Part shown: one piece after another, positions 1 through 8,819 of the stretch | How positions within the stretch are numbered: the stretch's first letter is position 1 | Layout of the letters: every line of letters begins with the position of its first letter | IMG/VR virus record: IMGVR_UViG_3300042863_002246 | DNA from: an uncultured virus (IMG/VR IMGVR_UViG_3300042863_002246) | Taxonomy: Duplodnaviria > Heunggongvirae > Uroviricota > Caudoviricetes | DNA length: 58,695 bases | Strand: one strand, 5' to 3' | Program-made: the position numbers and the translations under genes | The notes under the pieces: generated by a model | The model's database searches: none | Seen by the model: the letters and a program-made list of their open reading frames with translations, nothing else | What the model was told of the DNA's origin: nothing

Positions 1-3000
1 TATTTACGGTTGGTTTTATTACAAAAACATTTGCCATCGATGGTTGTAAAGTCCATATAGATTTGTCTTCTGGGTTGTATAGTATTCTTTTACTTATGGC
101 TGGCGTCGTTTCTGTATGAACCACTACTCCATTTGCAGAATCCACAACACAAACTGTGCTTGTTGTATCCGATGCTAAATATACACCACCATCATATTGG
201 TTTAGTGCCATTCTACCATATATTGATGGATTTCTATCTATGTTTATGGTATTGTCTGTAAGATTCAAAGATCTGAATCTAAAAGTCTTGTCAGAAACGT
301 TCATCTCGCCTGTAAGGTTGTTGTAAATTACATCCACAAACTCACTCATGGTCATTCCTGGTACTGATGCAGTCAGTCCATTATCTATTCTCCAAAGTTG
401 TGCATCTGCATAAACATATACAGATTCGTTTACTGGTTCATAGAATATAGAAGATTGTGCAAGATCAGGAATATTGTAAGATGTTTGTATATCTCTCGTT
501 GCACCATTTACTCTAATCAATAAATCTGCGTCGGTAGTTATGTATATGTCTTTTTCAAACTCGTTGTATACCATTTTCCCTGTTTTTGTGTCTGTAGGTG
601 ATGGTGTTGTGAGATTTGTTATTAAAACGTTTTTATAACTGAATATTGATATTGTCGGGCTATTTTCGTAAGTAACGTAGATATCACCGTTGTCTGTGTT
701 TATCAACATGTCCGCTGCCGTGTTGGTTAATGTTATAGATGTTACTATTATGTTTAATACAGGATCGACAACCCATAATTTGGTTTTTGATAGACAATAT
801 AGGAAGCTATTGAAAGTATTGAATTCTATCTCTATACTATCAGTGTTTCCTGTAAGATATATTGTAGATAGATATACTCCGGTATATGCATCCATTGCAC
901 TAAGATTGTCTCCTAACACAAAAACAGAGTTGGATAGCTGTATGTATTTCATATCAATAAGATTTGAAACTCCAGGCTGTCCACTTATGTTATAGTTTAT
1001 TGTTTCGTAGTCGTTGAAGTTATAGTTTACACCAAACATCTCTTGATTATGTTGTATAGGGTTGAATGGCCCTCCTTGTCCTGTTGGTCCTACCGCAGGA
1101 TCACACGTAGTCTGTCCAAATCCTATAGTGAATGCTAAAGTTATGAATCCAGATGATCTACAAGGTGCACTTTCTAATCCCCAGAAAGGTCCTTGGTAGT
1201 TAAGACTCATAATCTTTGGATCAACACTAAGAAGATTATATTTTACGTCTTGTAAAGGATGAGGTGTACTATTTACACCAATTACTCTTCCTGTTCCAAA
1301 CCCCGCATCTTCAAAAGATGAATTTGCATCGGATTTTATTAGTCTTACTTCATTTCCAGTAACAATAGTTCCTTTGTTTCCTTTAATCTTTTTAGTTATC
1401 ACATAGTCTGTCTGACCAGGTAGCATAATCTTACCGGTCTTTATGGTATAGTCAAGTCTTCTGTCTGTTCTTTTGACATCAAACTTCAATAGATTATTTA
1501 TACTTTTAACTATTATTCCGTATGTTTCTAATACTGGAGCATGTTCTTCTGTCCATGCTACCAATGTTGCGGGAATATCCGGTAATTTCACGGTTGCGGT
1601 TGATGATGTTGATGATACGGTCGCACCTGTGTTGTCAAGGAAGGTTCCGTATATTGTCTGCATCTCATATGGTTTGCTGTTTATTGTAAACGATAGATTT
1701 CCACCTATTTCATTGAATAAAACTTTAGAGTGTTCTATATGATAATCTGCGGTTGTTCCTACTTCTATTCGATTTATTTCTATAGGTATGTTAGGATATT
1801 CCGATCTTATTACAATGGCGTTGTAGAATGGTGAAACATAACTTCCTAAGTATTCTAAATCTGCTGTGATTCCTAATGCACGAAGTCTGACAAAGTTTCT
1901 AGATAACCAGTTTCTTAGAGTTCTATCTATAGTTCTTTGCATATCTGGTGCCGCACCTGAATATATCCAAGCCACTTCTTCTTCATATACTTGTTTGTTG
2001 ATTACTAACTTTATTCCAAACTCATCTATATCTGTAAAGACTATATTATATTTGTAGTTTTCTGAGTAGTCGTAGTTTAACTCTTGTGTGAACTTTTCTT
2101 TTATCTCAATAAGTCTTTCATTAGTTTGAAATTGCTTACCTATCAAATAAGAGCTACAATTTGCGACCTCTGTATCGTATAGATTTGATAGAAACAAATA
2201 GTTATTTGATGGTATAGAACTCGATGATGATAAATCTGGTGGCATCGAAAAAAGTTCTATTGCTTTTCTAATGATGAATGCTTCTCTATCTCCTAAATTT
2301 GCCAAACATGTACTTACGGTCTCTGTGTGGTAGAAATTAACTTCTGCATACTTACTTGGATACATCAAATCTGCTTTCAGTACTCCCTTATTTAAGTATA
2401 AATCTATATTTAATGAACTAAAATCGTCTTTATATTTTTCTGCAGCCATTGCTAATGTAACAGAACTACTTTGTGTATATCCCTGTTCAAAATATAGTCT
2501 ATCTGTTGTTAAATAGATTTGACAATTGTTTACTATTTCATCAGTAAGTACTTGATCAACTGAAATATATGTTGGTTTTCCCCAATACTCTTTTGAGTTG
2601 GCGGGAGTGACAAATTGTGTGTTTACATTTGAATAGTCTTGTGTGTATGCCTTTATACATTGGTATACGTTGTTGTTATATAAAACCTGAGACTTTTCTG
2701 TATACACAACAAGTTCTGTTATGTTAGCAAAGTTGGGTACGTTACTAACTGTAAGAAAGTTTGTATTTAATGTAGATCCAATTATTTTAAACTCTCTACC
2801 CGATTTTAATATTTTTGGAAATGCATTCAGATTTTTGAATGTTATTCTACCATTTGCAATGGTTATTCCTCCGTCGTATATTTTAGGAACATCGGTTTTA
2901 GATATAAGTTCAATAAGAAGATTTTTATCAGTCTCAATATTTTTAAGGTAGTATTCAAAATGTACTGCATCAGTCACTTCGTTTTCTTTAACTGTATAGA

Positions 3001-3673
3001 CACCATCATTTTTTTCACTATTTACTATATTTAGTTTTTTACCTGCGTAGTATTTGTCGTAAAAGTTTGGTTCGTTCCATTCCGAAAGGTTGTTTTTGTA
3101 GTCTGCGTCTATATAGTTGTATATTCCTAAGAGATTTGAACCTCTAAGTGTTACATCTTTTATCGATCCATTTGTGTATTCGACATAGTACATTGATTCA
3201 AACGTCGCGTTATCTACGTCTGTTAGTATCATTACTGCACCTTTTTTAGAACCGATTACTGCATAAGTCTTTTTAGTATCTTGAAACTCCAAAAACTCAC
3301 TATCAAACATTATAAAAGTTCCAATAGGGAAAAATCTTTCAAAATCCACACCGTATATCCATTTAGAATAGAAGCTTGGATCATTATTTACAGGTTCTAT
3401 TGCAGCCATAGAAAATGTTCCTAATCTTGCTCCATAGAAGTGCATTCCCCATTCGTTGAATATCTGAAACTTACTTAGAGTTAAATCTCCAGAAACTGCA
3501 TATTCAAATGCCGGAAGATATTCCATTGTATATAGACCAATTGTCTTATAGATGTCTGATGAACTTTGGTGAAAAAGTAAATCTCCTTCGAATCTATCGA
3601 CAGTGTTGTTGTACTTTATGTTTAGGTAATCGCCTTCCTTATTGAAGAAAACTAAGCTTTTATGGTTAGACAT
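1..3673 (-). CDS. Large (>1220 aa) probable virion structural protein with a C-terminal beta-propeller-like region; 3' end lies outside the window
   Basis: Absent from the ORF track because it has no stop in the window. Manual translation from ATG at 3673 gives MSNHKSLVFFNKEGDYLNIKY...KPTVN with no stop seen. The last ~330 aa have blade-like repeats (IFYEPVNESVYV, VIYNNLTGEMNV, ILYNPEDKSIWT). A TAATATATA motif lies upstream on the minus strand. Confidence 0.8.
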   Translation of the reverse strand, partial: MSNHKSLVFFNKEGDYLNIKYNNTVDRFEGDLLFHQSSSDIYKTIGLYTMEYLPAFEYAVSGDLTLSKFQIFNEWGMHFYGARLGTFSMAAIEPVNNDPSFYSKWIYGVDFERFFPIGTFIMFDSEFLEFQDTKKTYAVIGSKKGAVMILTDVDNATFESMYYVEYTNGSIKDVTLRGSNLLGIYNYIDADYKNNLSEWNEPNFYDKYYAGKKLNIVNSEKNDGVYTVKENEVTDAVHFEYYLKNIETDKNLLIELISKTDVPKIYDGGITIANGRITFKNLNAFPKILKSGREFKIIGSTLNTNFLTVSNVPNFANITELVVYTEKSQVLYNNNVYQCIKAYTQDYSNVNTQFVTPANSKEYWGKPTYISVDQVLTDEIVNNCQIYLTTDRLYFEQGYTQSSSVTLAMAAEKYKDDFSSLNIDLYLNKGVLKADLMYPSKYAEVNFYHTETVSTCLANLGDREAFIIRKAIELFSMPPDLSSSSSIPSNNYLFLSNLYDTEVANCSSYLIGKQFQTNERLIEIKEKFTQELNYDYSENYKYNIVFTDIDEFGIKLVINKQVYEEEVAWIYSGAAPDMQRTIDRTLRNWLSRNFVRLRALGITADLEYLGSYVSPFYNAIVIRSEYPNIPIEINRIEVGTTADYHIEHSKVLFNEIGGNLSFTINSKPYEMQTIYGTFLDNTGATVSSTSSTATVKLPDIPATLVAWTEEHAPVLETYGIIVKSINNLLKFDVKRTDRRLDYTIKTGKIMLPGQTDYVITKKIKGNKGTIVTGNEVRLIKSDANSSFEDAGFGTGRVIGVNSTPHPLQDVKYNLLSVDPKIMSLNYQGPFWGLESAPCRSSGFITLAFTIGFGQTTCDPAVGPTGQGGPFNPIQHNQEMFGVNYNFNDYETINYNISGQPGVSNLIDMKYIQLSNSVFVLGDNLSAMDAYTGVYLSTIYLTGNTDSIEIEFNTFNSFLYCLSKTKLWVVDPVLNIIVTSITLTNTAADMLINTDNGDIYVTYENSPTISIFSYKNVLITNLTTPSPTDTKTGKMVYNEFEKDIYITTDADLLIRVNGATRDIQTSYNIPDLAQSSIFYEPVNESVYVYADAQLWRIDNGLTASVPGMTMSEFVDVIYNNLTGEMNVSDKTFRFRSLNLTDNTINIDRNPSIYGRMALNQYDGGVYLASDTTSTVCVVDSANGVVVHTETTPAISKRILYNPEDKSIWTLQPSMANVFVIKPTVN

Positions 3674-3754
3674 TTATATTGAATACTTTTTGATATATAT
3701 TAAAAATGTGTTTCTTGATAATAATATATAGAGTATAAAAATCTTAAATAAATT

Positions 3755-4738
3755 ATGGCCAAAATAGATAAAGTGGAAAAATTCTTAAAAGAAGAAAAAC
3801 CAAAGAAAATAAAAAATCTTGAAGTAGGTTTTGACATAGATTCTTTTGAAAAAGAAGAAGATACGGATACTCTTGGATTTAGATCAGAGTTTGAACCAAT
3901 CGCTAAAGGTAAAGAAAAAACTCTTAAAAAAGAAATACAAGTTACTACACCAGGATTAAAAAAATCTATCAAAAAGTTTGAGGATTTCAAGATTTCTATT
4001 TCTATTGATGAAGTAGAACCAGAAGAAGGTGTTCTTATGGGTGGTTTAACACCTAATGATGATGAAACTTGTTCAGATTGTGAATCTAATCCATGTGGGT
4101 GTGGATGTTCTGATTGTGATTGTGATCCTTGCGAATGTGGTGTTGGTGAAGAAGATGTTGCAAAGTTTTCTAACTTTAATGATGTCATTGGAGACTTATT
4201 TTCAGAGAGTTTAAAGTATCATTTGAAAAATAATAAACCAATCACTGAAAACATATTTAGACCAGGTTCTGAGGCTTTCTATGATGTTCTTAAAGAAGCT
4301 AGAACACATTTTGATTCTAATAGAGTAAATCTAACGGGATTGGATAAAGATTTGTTTGAGTCTACTGAAATAGGAAAGTTTGCTAAGTTCAATGGTGAGA
4401 TAGTTCCTTTGGATCTTCCAATGGAAACGATTGAAGAAATGAATGAGGCCGAATACAAAGGTAGAGAAGTTGAGTTGAATCATCCAATGAGAGGTGGTAC
4501 TAAGAAGTATCATGTTTATGTTAAGAATCCTAAAACAGGTAATGTTAAAAAGATTGCGTTTGGTGATGTTCACGGTGGATTGACCGCAAAGGTTAGTGAT
4601 CCTAAGGCTAGAAAGTCTTTTGCTGCTAGGCACAAATGTGATATGAAGAAAGATAAGACTAAGGCCGGATATTGGGCTTGTAGAATAAACAAATACGGAC
4701 ATCTTTGGGGTGGAAAAACTTATCCTGGATACTGGTAA
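3755..4738 (+). CDS. Phage protein with a Cys-rich cluster and a C-terminal DUF6321-like basic domain; probable internal head protein
   Basis: C-terminal KKYHVYVKNPKTGNVKKIAFG...ARKSFAARHKC...AGYWACR is a motif common in T4-like/jumbo phages. Internal CSDCESNPCGCGCSDCDCDPCECG. Late-type promoter at 3722. Confidence 0.7.
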   Translation: MAKIDKVEKFLKEEKPKKIKNLEVGFDIDSFEKEEDTDTLGFRSEFEPIAKGKEKTLKKEIQVTTPGLKKSIKKFEDFKISISIDEVEPEEGVLMGGLTPNDDETCSDCESNPCGCGCSDCDCDPCECGVGEEDVAKFSNFNDVIGDLFSESLKYHLKNNKPITENIFRPGSEAFYDVLKEARTHFDSNRVNLTGLDKDLFESTEIGKFAKFNGEIVPLDLPMETIEEMNEAEYKGREVELNHPMRGGTKKYHVYVKNPKTGNVKKIAFGDVHGGLTAKVSDPKARKSFAARHKCDMKKDKTKAGYWACRINKYGHLWGGKTYPGYW

Positions 4739-4741
4739 AAT

Positions 4742-5011
4742 ATGACACTTCCATATAAAGAAACTAAAATAAGTGATAATACATTTATCAGAGAATTTAG
4801 TCAAGATACTGACTCTGGTGAGTTTATGTGGCATCGTGATAGGGAAGATAGAATAATCGAATCTATCGACGAAACTGATTGGATGGTGCAGATAGACAAC
4901 GAACTACCAAAGAAGATAGAAGGTGAAGTTTTTATACCGATGGGTATTTATCATCGGTTGATAAAGGGAACTAACAATCTTAAAGTAAAGGTAATAAAGT
5001 TAAAAAAATGA
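4742..5011 (+). CDS. Small cupin-like conserved phage protein
   Basis: WHRDREDR...IPMGIYHRLIKG His motifs resemble a cupin metal site; starts 3 nt after the previous gene. Confidence 0.6.
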   Translation: MTLPYKETKISDNTFIREFSQDTDSGEFMWHRDREDRIIESIDETDWMVQIDNELPKKIEGEVFIPMGIYHRLIKGTNNLKVKVIKLKK

Positions 5012-5050
5012 TTTTTTTTTTAATATATACTCTATAAAAAAATACTAAAT

Positions 5051-5434
5051 ATGAAACACTTAAAAAAATTTAATGAAGGATTCTTTTCGAATCTTTTTAA
5101 AGGAAAAGAAGATGAAACACCAGTAACTCCTGAAGAAGTTAAATCAAAATCAACATCAGGTTCGGCTTTTGATAGAGATGAATTAAAAATTGAAGCGGAA
5201 GAAAAATTTAATTCTCTAGTAAAAGAATTAGATAGTAAGTTAAGAAATACAACTGAAAATTATATTGAAGTAAAACAAAATCCTGCCTTTAAAACCAAAA
5301 GTACAAAATCGGTAAACTCTTTTTTATTGAAAATGATTGAAGATCATTATACACAAAGAGGATTTATAACCAATAGATCGTATGATGGTAGAGATAATGC
5401 TAAACATGATTGGTTTAGAATAATCGCTGACTAA
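5051..5434 (+). CDS. Hypothetical protein with a capsid-targeting-like N-terminus (MKHLKKFNE)
   Basis: ORF with TAATATATA at 5021-5029 and a terminator downstream. Confidence 0.65.
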   Translation: MKHLKKFNEGFFSNLFKGKEDETPVTPEEVKSKSTSGSAFDRDELKIEAEEKFNSLVKELDSKLRNTTENYIEVKQNPAFKTKSTKSVNSFLLKMIEDHYTQRGFITNRSYDGRDNAKHDWFRIIAD

Positions 5435-5455
5435 ACAATACTAAAATAAAGTAAT

Positions 5456-5489
5456 AAAAAAACCACTCTAATGAGTGGTTTTCTTTTTT
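5456..5489. terminator. Bidirectional intrinsic terminator
   Basis: A-tract, CCACTC-TAAT-GAGTGG hairpin, T-tract, between convergent genes. Confidence 0.8.
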
Positions 5490-6612
5490 AGTCAATCTTT
5501 GACTTATAGTTTTCGTTGTAGAGTCTGATTACTTCGTCATACTCGCTTAGTATTCCATCTTTGAAATCAGAGTTCTCATATTTCTGTCTATCAATATATT
5601 CTCTGATATAAGTTTCATATTCAAGCTTTATAGAGATGTCCATAGATTCTTCATCTATCTCAACTGCTTCTGAGATAATATCTTCTCCATCTTCATTCTT
5701 TTGTACTATGTCGTCTATATACTCAACAGATGCGAAATTACCTTTCTCTAACATCATTTCAAGCTTTCTACGAAGCTTTCTATTATTGATAAGTAGATTG
5801 TTTGATATGGCTAAATCTATGTAGTCCTTCGTGTCCTTAATCTCATCTAATCTATCAATATCCTCTTCAGTTATTACTCTGAACTTTCTGAATACTGGTG
5901 AGTAGTTGTTTGCATGAAAAGATACTTCATTTGTATCTAAATCTAATATAGTGATTCCTTTTTGGTCTCCCGTATCGTTTCTATCCATTTGGTACAAAGA
6001 CCCTATGAATCTAAAATTTTTGTTCTGTTGAACAAGATGAATATGGCCCGAAAATACATCTTTGTATCCACTAAAGTTCTCTACATCAATCTTATCTGCG
6101 TTTCTATGTGCAACAGAGTTTAGGTGCATTTTACAACCATTTAAGTCTGAGTGGCAAAATAGATAGTCTCCTGGATTACTACCAAGTTCTTTAATCATAT
6201 CGAGTCTTTTCTCTACCCATGGTATTAGAACAAGCTTTTGATTGTTTACTTCGATTGTGGTAGTTTTTTCATATACGGTTATGTTTTTGTTCATATAACT
6301 GAACAATCTAACAGAGTTGACTTCGTTTGATCCTTTGTTAAATAAATCGTGGTTTCCAACCATTATATGAATTGGTATAATATCAGAGATATCTTTAAGT
6401 ATTTTTTCCACTTTATTTGATATGTTTATAGGAATGGATGTTCTATTATCGAATAAATCACCTAAGTGAATCAGTATGTCACCAGGCTTCGCGTTTTCTT
6501 TTAGATAGGGGATTACATAGTTATAGAATGTTGATTCCATCATATTCATCCATTTATCTAGGTTGTTTAGATAGATACCAAAATGGGTATCTGTTATCAT
6601 ATATACTTTCAT
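5488..6612 (-). CDS. Recombination nuclease subunit, T4 gp47 / Mre11 / SbcD-like metallophosphoesterase
   Basis: DTHFG, GDLFD, GNHD and SGHIH phosphoesterase motifs. Confidence 0.9.
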   Translation of the reverse strand: MKVYMITDTHFGIYLNNLDKWMNMMESTFYNYVIPYLKENAKPGDILIHLGDLFDNRTSIPINISNKVEKILKDISDIIPIHIMVGNHDLFNKGSNEVNSVRLFSYMNKNITVYEKTTTIEVNNQKLVLIPWVEKRLDMIKELGSNPGDYLFCHSDLNGCKMHLNSVAHRNADKIDVENFSGYKDVFSGHIHLVQQNKNFRFIGSLYQMDRNDTGDQKGITILDLDTNEVSFHANNYSPVFRKFRVITEEDIDRLDEIKDTKDYIDLAISNNLLINNRKLRRKLEMMLEKGNFASVEYIDDIVQKNEDGEDIISEAVEIDEESMDISIKLEYETYIREYIDRQKYENSDFKDGILSEYDEVIRLYNENYKSKID

Positions 6613-6807
6613 TGAAAATGATAATTTTTTGTATGATTTATATGATTTTTATGTATTTAAGTTTAAATAAGTGAAAATGGAAAAAAATTGCTTTTTTAAT
6701 ATAATATATACATTATAGTTAAGCCTTTAAAAAAACAGAAGGTAAAAAAATATTAATATATACATTATAATTGTTTACCAATTACATAAAAAATAAATAA
6801 AAAAAAT

Positions 6808-7431
6808 ATGCCATTACCACATTATACGCAGATTTCCAATGTTGGTTCTCCAGGTGGACCTGGAACACTACCAGATGAAGTAGTATACCTAAACTTGTTT
6901 GAGGTAACATTCGTGTTACCAGTTATCTTACAGGCACAAAAAAGAGATGCTCTTTTATTGTTAGAAAACGCTACTAAAATAAGTTTAGCAAACTTAACAG
7001 AGTTTGATACTGCTGCCAAAGAGCAAAGATTCAAATACTCTACAAGAGTTTTTCAAACAACTCCTACTAAGACTAGTGGTACGTTGGCAATACCTTTCCA
7101 GGTAAATGTTAATAACAATGGTTCTATGGAAGTTTGGAATACTTTGAAAGCTTGGTATGACTTACTTTTTAACTCTCAAAATGGTTCTCTTCACTACAAA
7201 AGTGATATGATTGGAACTATTATCGTAAATCAACATGATAAAAAGGGTGTTGTATTGAGAAGGGTTACTTTCCAAAACTGTCAAATGTCGAAACTTGCAG
7301 GTTACGAACTTGATTGGGCATCAAATGATATCATTCCAACAGTTAGTGCTGATTTTGTATATGATTACTTCATTGATGAATACATTGACTCAGGATTCTC
7401 TATTAATCCTCCACTTATTTCAGGATATTAA
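6808..7431 (+). CDS. Tail tube protein (T4 gp19-like)
   Basis: NLFEVTF...WYDLLFNSQNG...YK...IIVNQHDKKG...ELDWAS pattern typical of gp19-type tubes; close to the sheath gene. Confidence 0.8.
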   Translation: MPLPHYTQISNVGSPGGPGTLPDEVVYLNLFEVTFVLPVILQAQKRDALLLLENATKISLANLTEFDTAAKEQRFKYSTRVFQTTPTKTSGTLAIPFQVNVNNNGSMEVWNTLKAWYDLLFNSQNGSLHYKSDMIGTIIVNQHDKKGVVLRRVTFQNCQMSKLAGYELDWASNDIIPTVSADFVYDYFIDEYIDSGFSINPPLISGY

Positions 7432-7442
7432 TACTAAATATA

Positions 7443-7521
7443 AAAACCCACTCAATCGAGTGGGTTTTTTTATGTCTATTTTTATAACTAAAAAACCCAC
7501 TCAAAATTTGAGTGGGTTTTT
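7443..7521. terminator. Tandem pair of bidirectional terminators
   Basis: AAAACCCACTC-AATC-GAGTGGGTTTT and AAAAACCCACTCAAA-A-TTTGAGTGGGTTTTT between convergent genes. Confidence 0.8.
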
Positions 7522-7524
7522 CTA

Positions 7525-7779
7525 TTAGAATTTTGGCATGCTTATATTGCTTGTCATACTCGATGCGTTCTTCATCATCGAACCTGTATCTGGCATTCCT
7601 TTTTGTTGCTCTCCTTCGTCTTTCTTTCTTTGATTGTCTTCTTCTTCGACAATTTCGTTAACAAGTTTGATGTTTTCTTCAAACATCCAGAAAGGCCAAT
7701 CATCCATTGACACTTCCTGTGTGTGAAAGTGTTTTTGGAGCATTAATTTATTCTTTAATATATGCTTCAAAGGCATCAT
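7525..7779 (-). CDS. Small baseplate hub assembly / chaperone-like protein (gp51-like); start uncertain (7779 or 7743)
   Basis: MLQKHFH...MDDWPFWMFEENIKLVNE resembles the short ORF that follows gp26 in T4-like phages; overlaps the end of the gp26-like gene. Confidence 0.55.
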   Translation of the reverse strand: MMPLKHILKNKLMLQKHFHTQEVSMDDWPFWMFEENIKLVNEIVEEEDNQRKKDEGEQQKGMPDTGSMMKNASSMTSNISMPKF

Positions 7780-8689
7780 GAATAACGAAAATACTTGAGG
7801 CTCCGTTGGGAAATTGCATATCTGTGTGGACCTCCTCACCACACTGGCATAACTTTTTAAGTTCTTTTATTCCAAATGTCATCTTGCCCACAGCTGCATT
7901 CAAAAATTGAAATGAGATATCATCCATTTCTTCAAATTCTTTAACTTTTGCTTTTACTCCGTCATATGTTATAGAAGTTCTACCATTCATCATAAAAGGA
8001 ATGATTTTTAAGAAAGCTAAATTAGGATTTCTTTTTTCATTATTTTCTTTCATAATGTATTCTGTGAAAGCCTTTTGAAGTCCAATGTTAGGTGGAGTCA
8101 ATTCAAAGGCTTTACCATTAACTGTTTTGAAATGATATGATCCTGAATTTCTGTTGTAGAATCTTTCAAGTTTTTCATCTATTTCATGGAAAACAAAGTT
8201 TTCTTTGTTTAGTGAGATTGCCACTTCTTCGCCACAACTACATTTTGCATTTACTGATAATGAATTTCCTGATTGGAAAGTAAGTTCTCTGATAAGAAAA
8301 ACTAAGAATAGTCTATCTTGATCTTTGATATCTAAATAAGATCCTATTTTACCATCAGAATATTTAACTCTAACACATGATTGTAAAATATCATTCATTT
8401 TTTCCACTATGTCGTAGAAGTTCTGGTCGTCTACCATAGAGTATGCTTGAATCTCTTTTACTTGTGCTGGTCTTACCATGAAAAGAGTTCCTGTTGGATA
8501 GAATTGTCCACAAGGTAATTCTCTGATATCGAAGTTGAAGTATTGTAAGTCACTTACTCTAGTTCCCTCTACTACAGGTTTTTGTGCGGTTGTATTGTCA
8601 TTAAAGTTGTTCTGATTCTTACTTGGATCGATATCGTTTAGATGTCTCTTTAGGTAGTCCTCTTCACTCATTTCTTGTTCTTTAGACAT
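7748..8689 (-). CDS. Baseplate hub protein / tail assembly chaperone (T4 gp26-like)
   Basis: LPCGQFY...VRPAQVKE...D..FLVFLIRELTF...CSCG and a C-terminal CQCG. Confidence 0.7.
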   Translation of the reverse strand: MSKEQEMSEEDYLKRHLNDIDPSKNQNNFNDNTTAQKPVVEGTRVSDLQYFNFDIRELPCGQFYPTGTLFMVRPAQVKEIQAYSMVDDQNFYDIVEKMNDILQSCVRVKYSDGKIGSYLDIKDQDRLFLVFLIRELTFQSGNSLSVNAKCSCGEEVAISLNKENFVFHEIDEKLERFYNRNSGSYHFKTVNGKAFELTPPNIGLQKAFTEYIMKENNEKRNPNLAFLKIIPFMMNGRTSITYDGVKAKVKEFEEMDDISFQFLNAAVGKMTFGIKELKKLCQCGEEVHTDMQFPNGASSIFVIHDAFEAYIKE

Positions 8690-8774
8690 AATGTTATTTG
8701 TTATTTTTTAAATATATATTAGATATATCTCTCTTCCTTATATCTTCAAATAACTATAAAGTTTTCATAAAACA

Positions 8775-8805
8775 AAAAAACCTCAAATTTCTTTGAGGTT
8801 TTTTT
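8775..8805. terminator. Intrinsic terminator after the sheath gene
   Basis: AAAAAACCTCAAA-TTTC-TTTGAGGTTTTTT. Confidence 0.75.
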
Positions 8806-8819
8806 ATTTTTAGTGTATA

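Noticed and set aside
690..2951. Short + strand ORFs in the first 3 kb
   Set aside because: Antisense to the long minus-strand gene 1-3673
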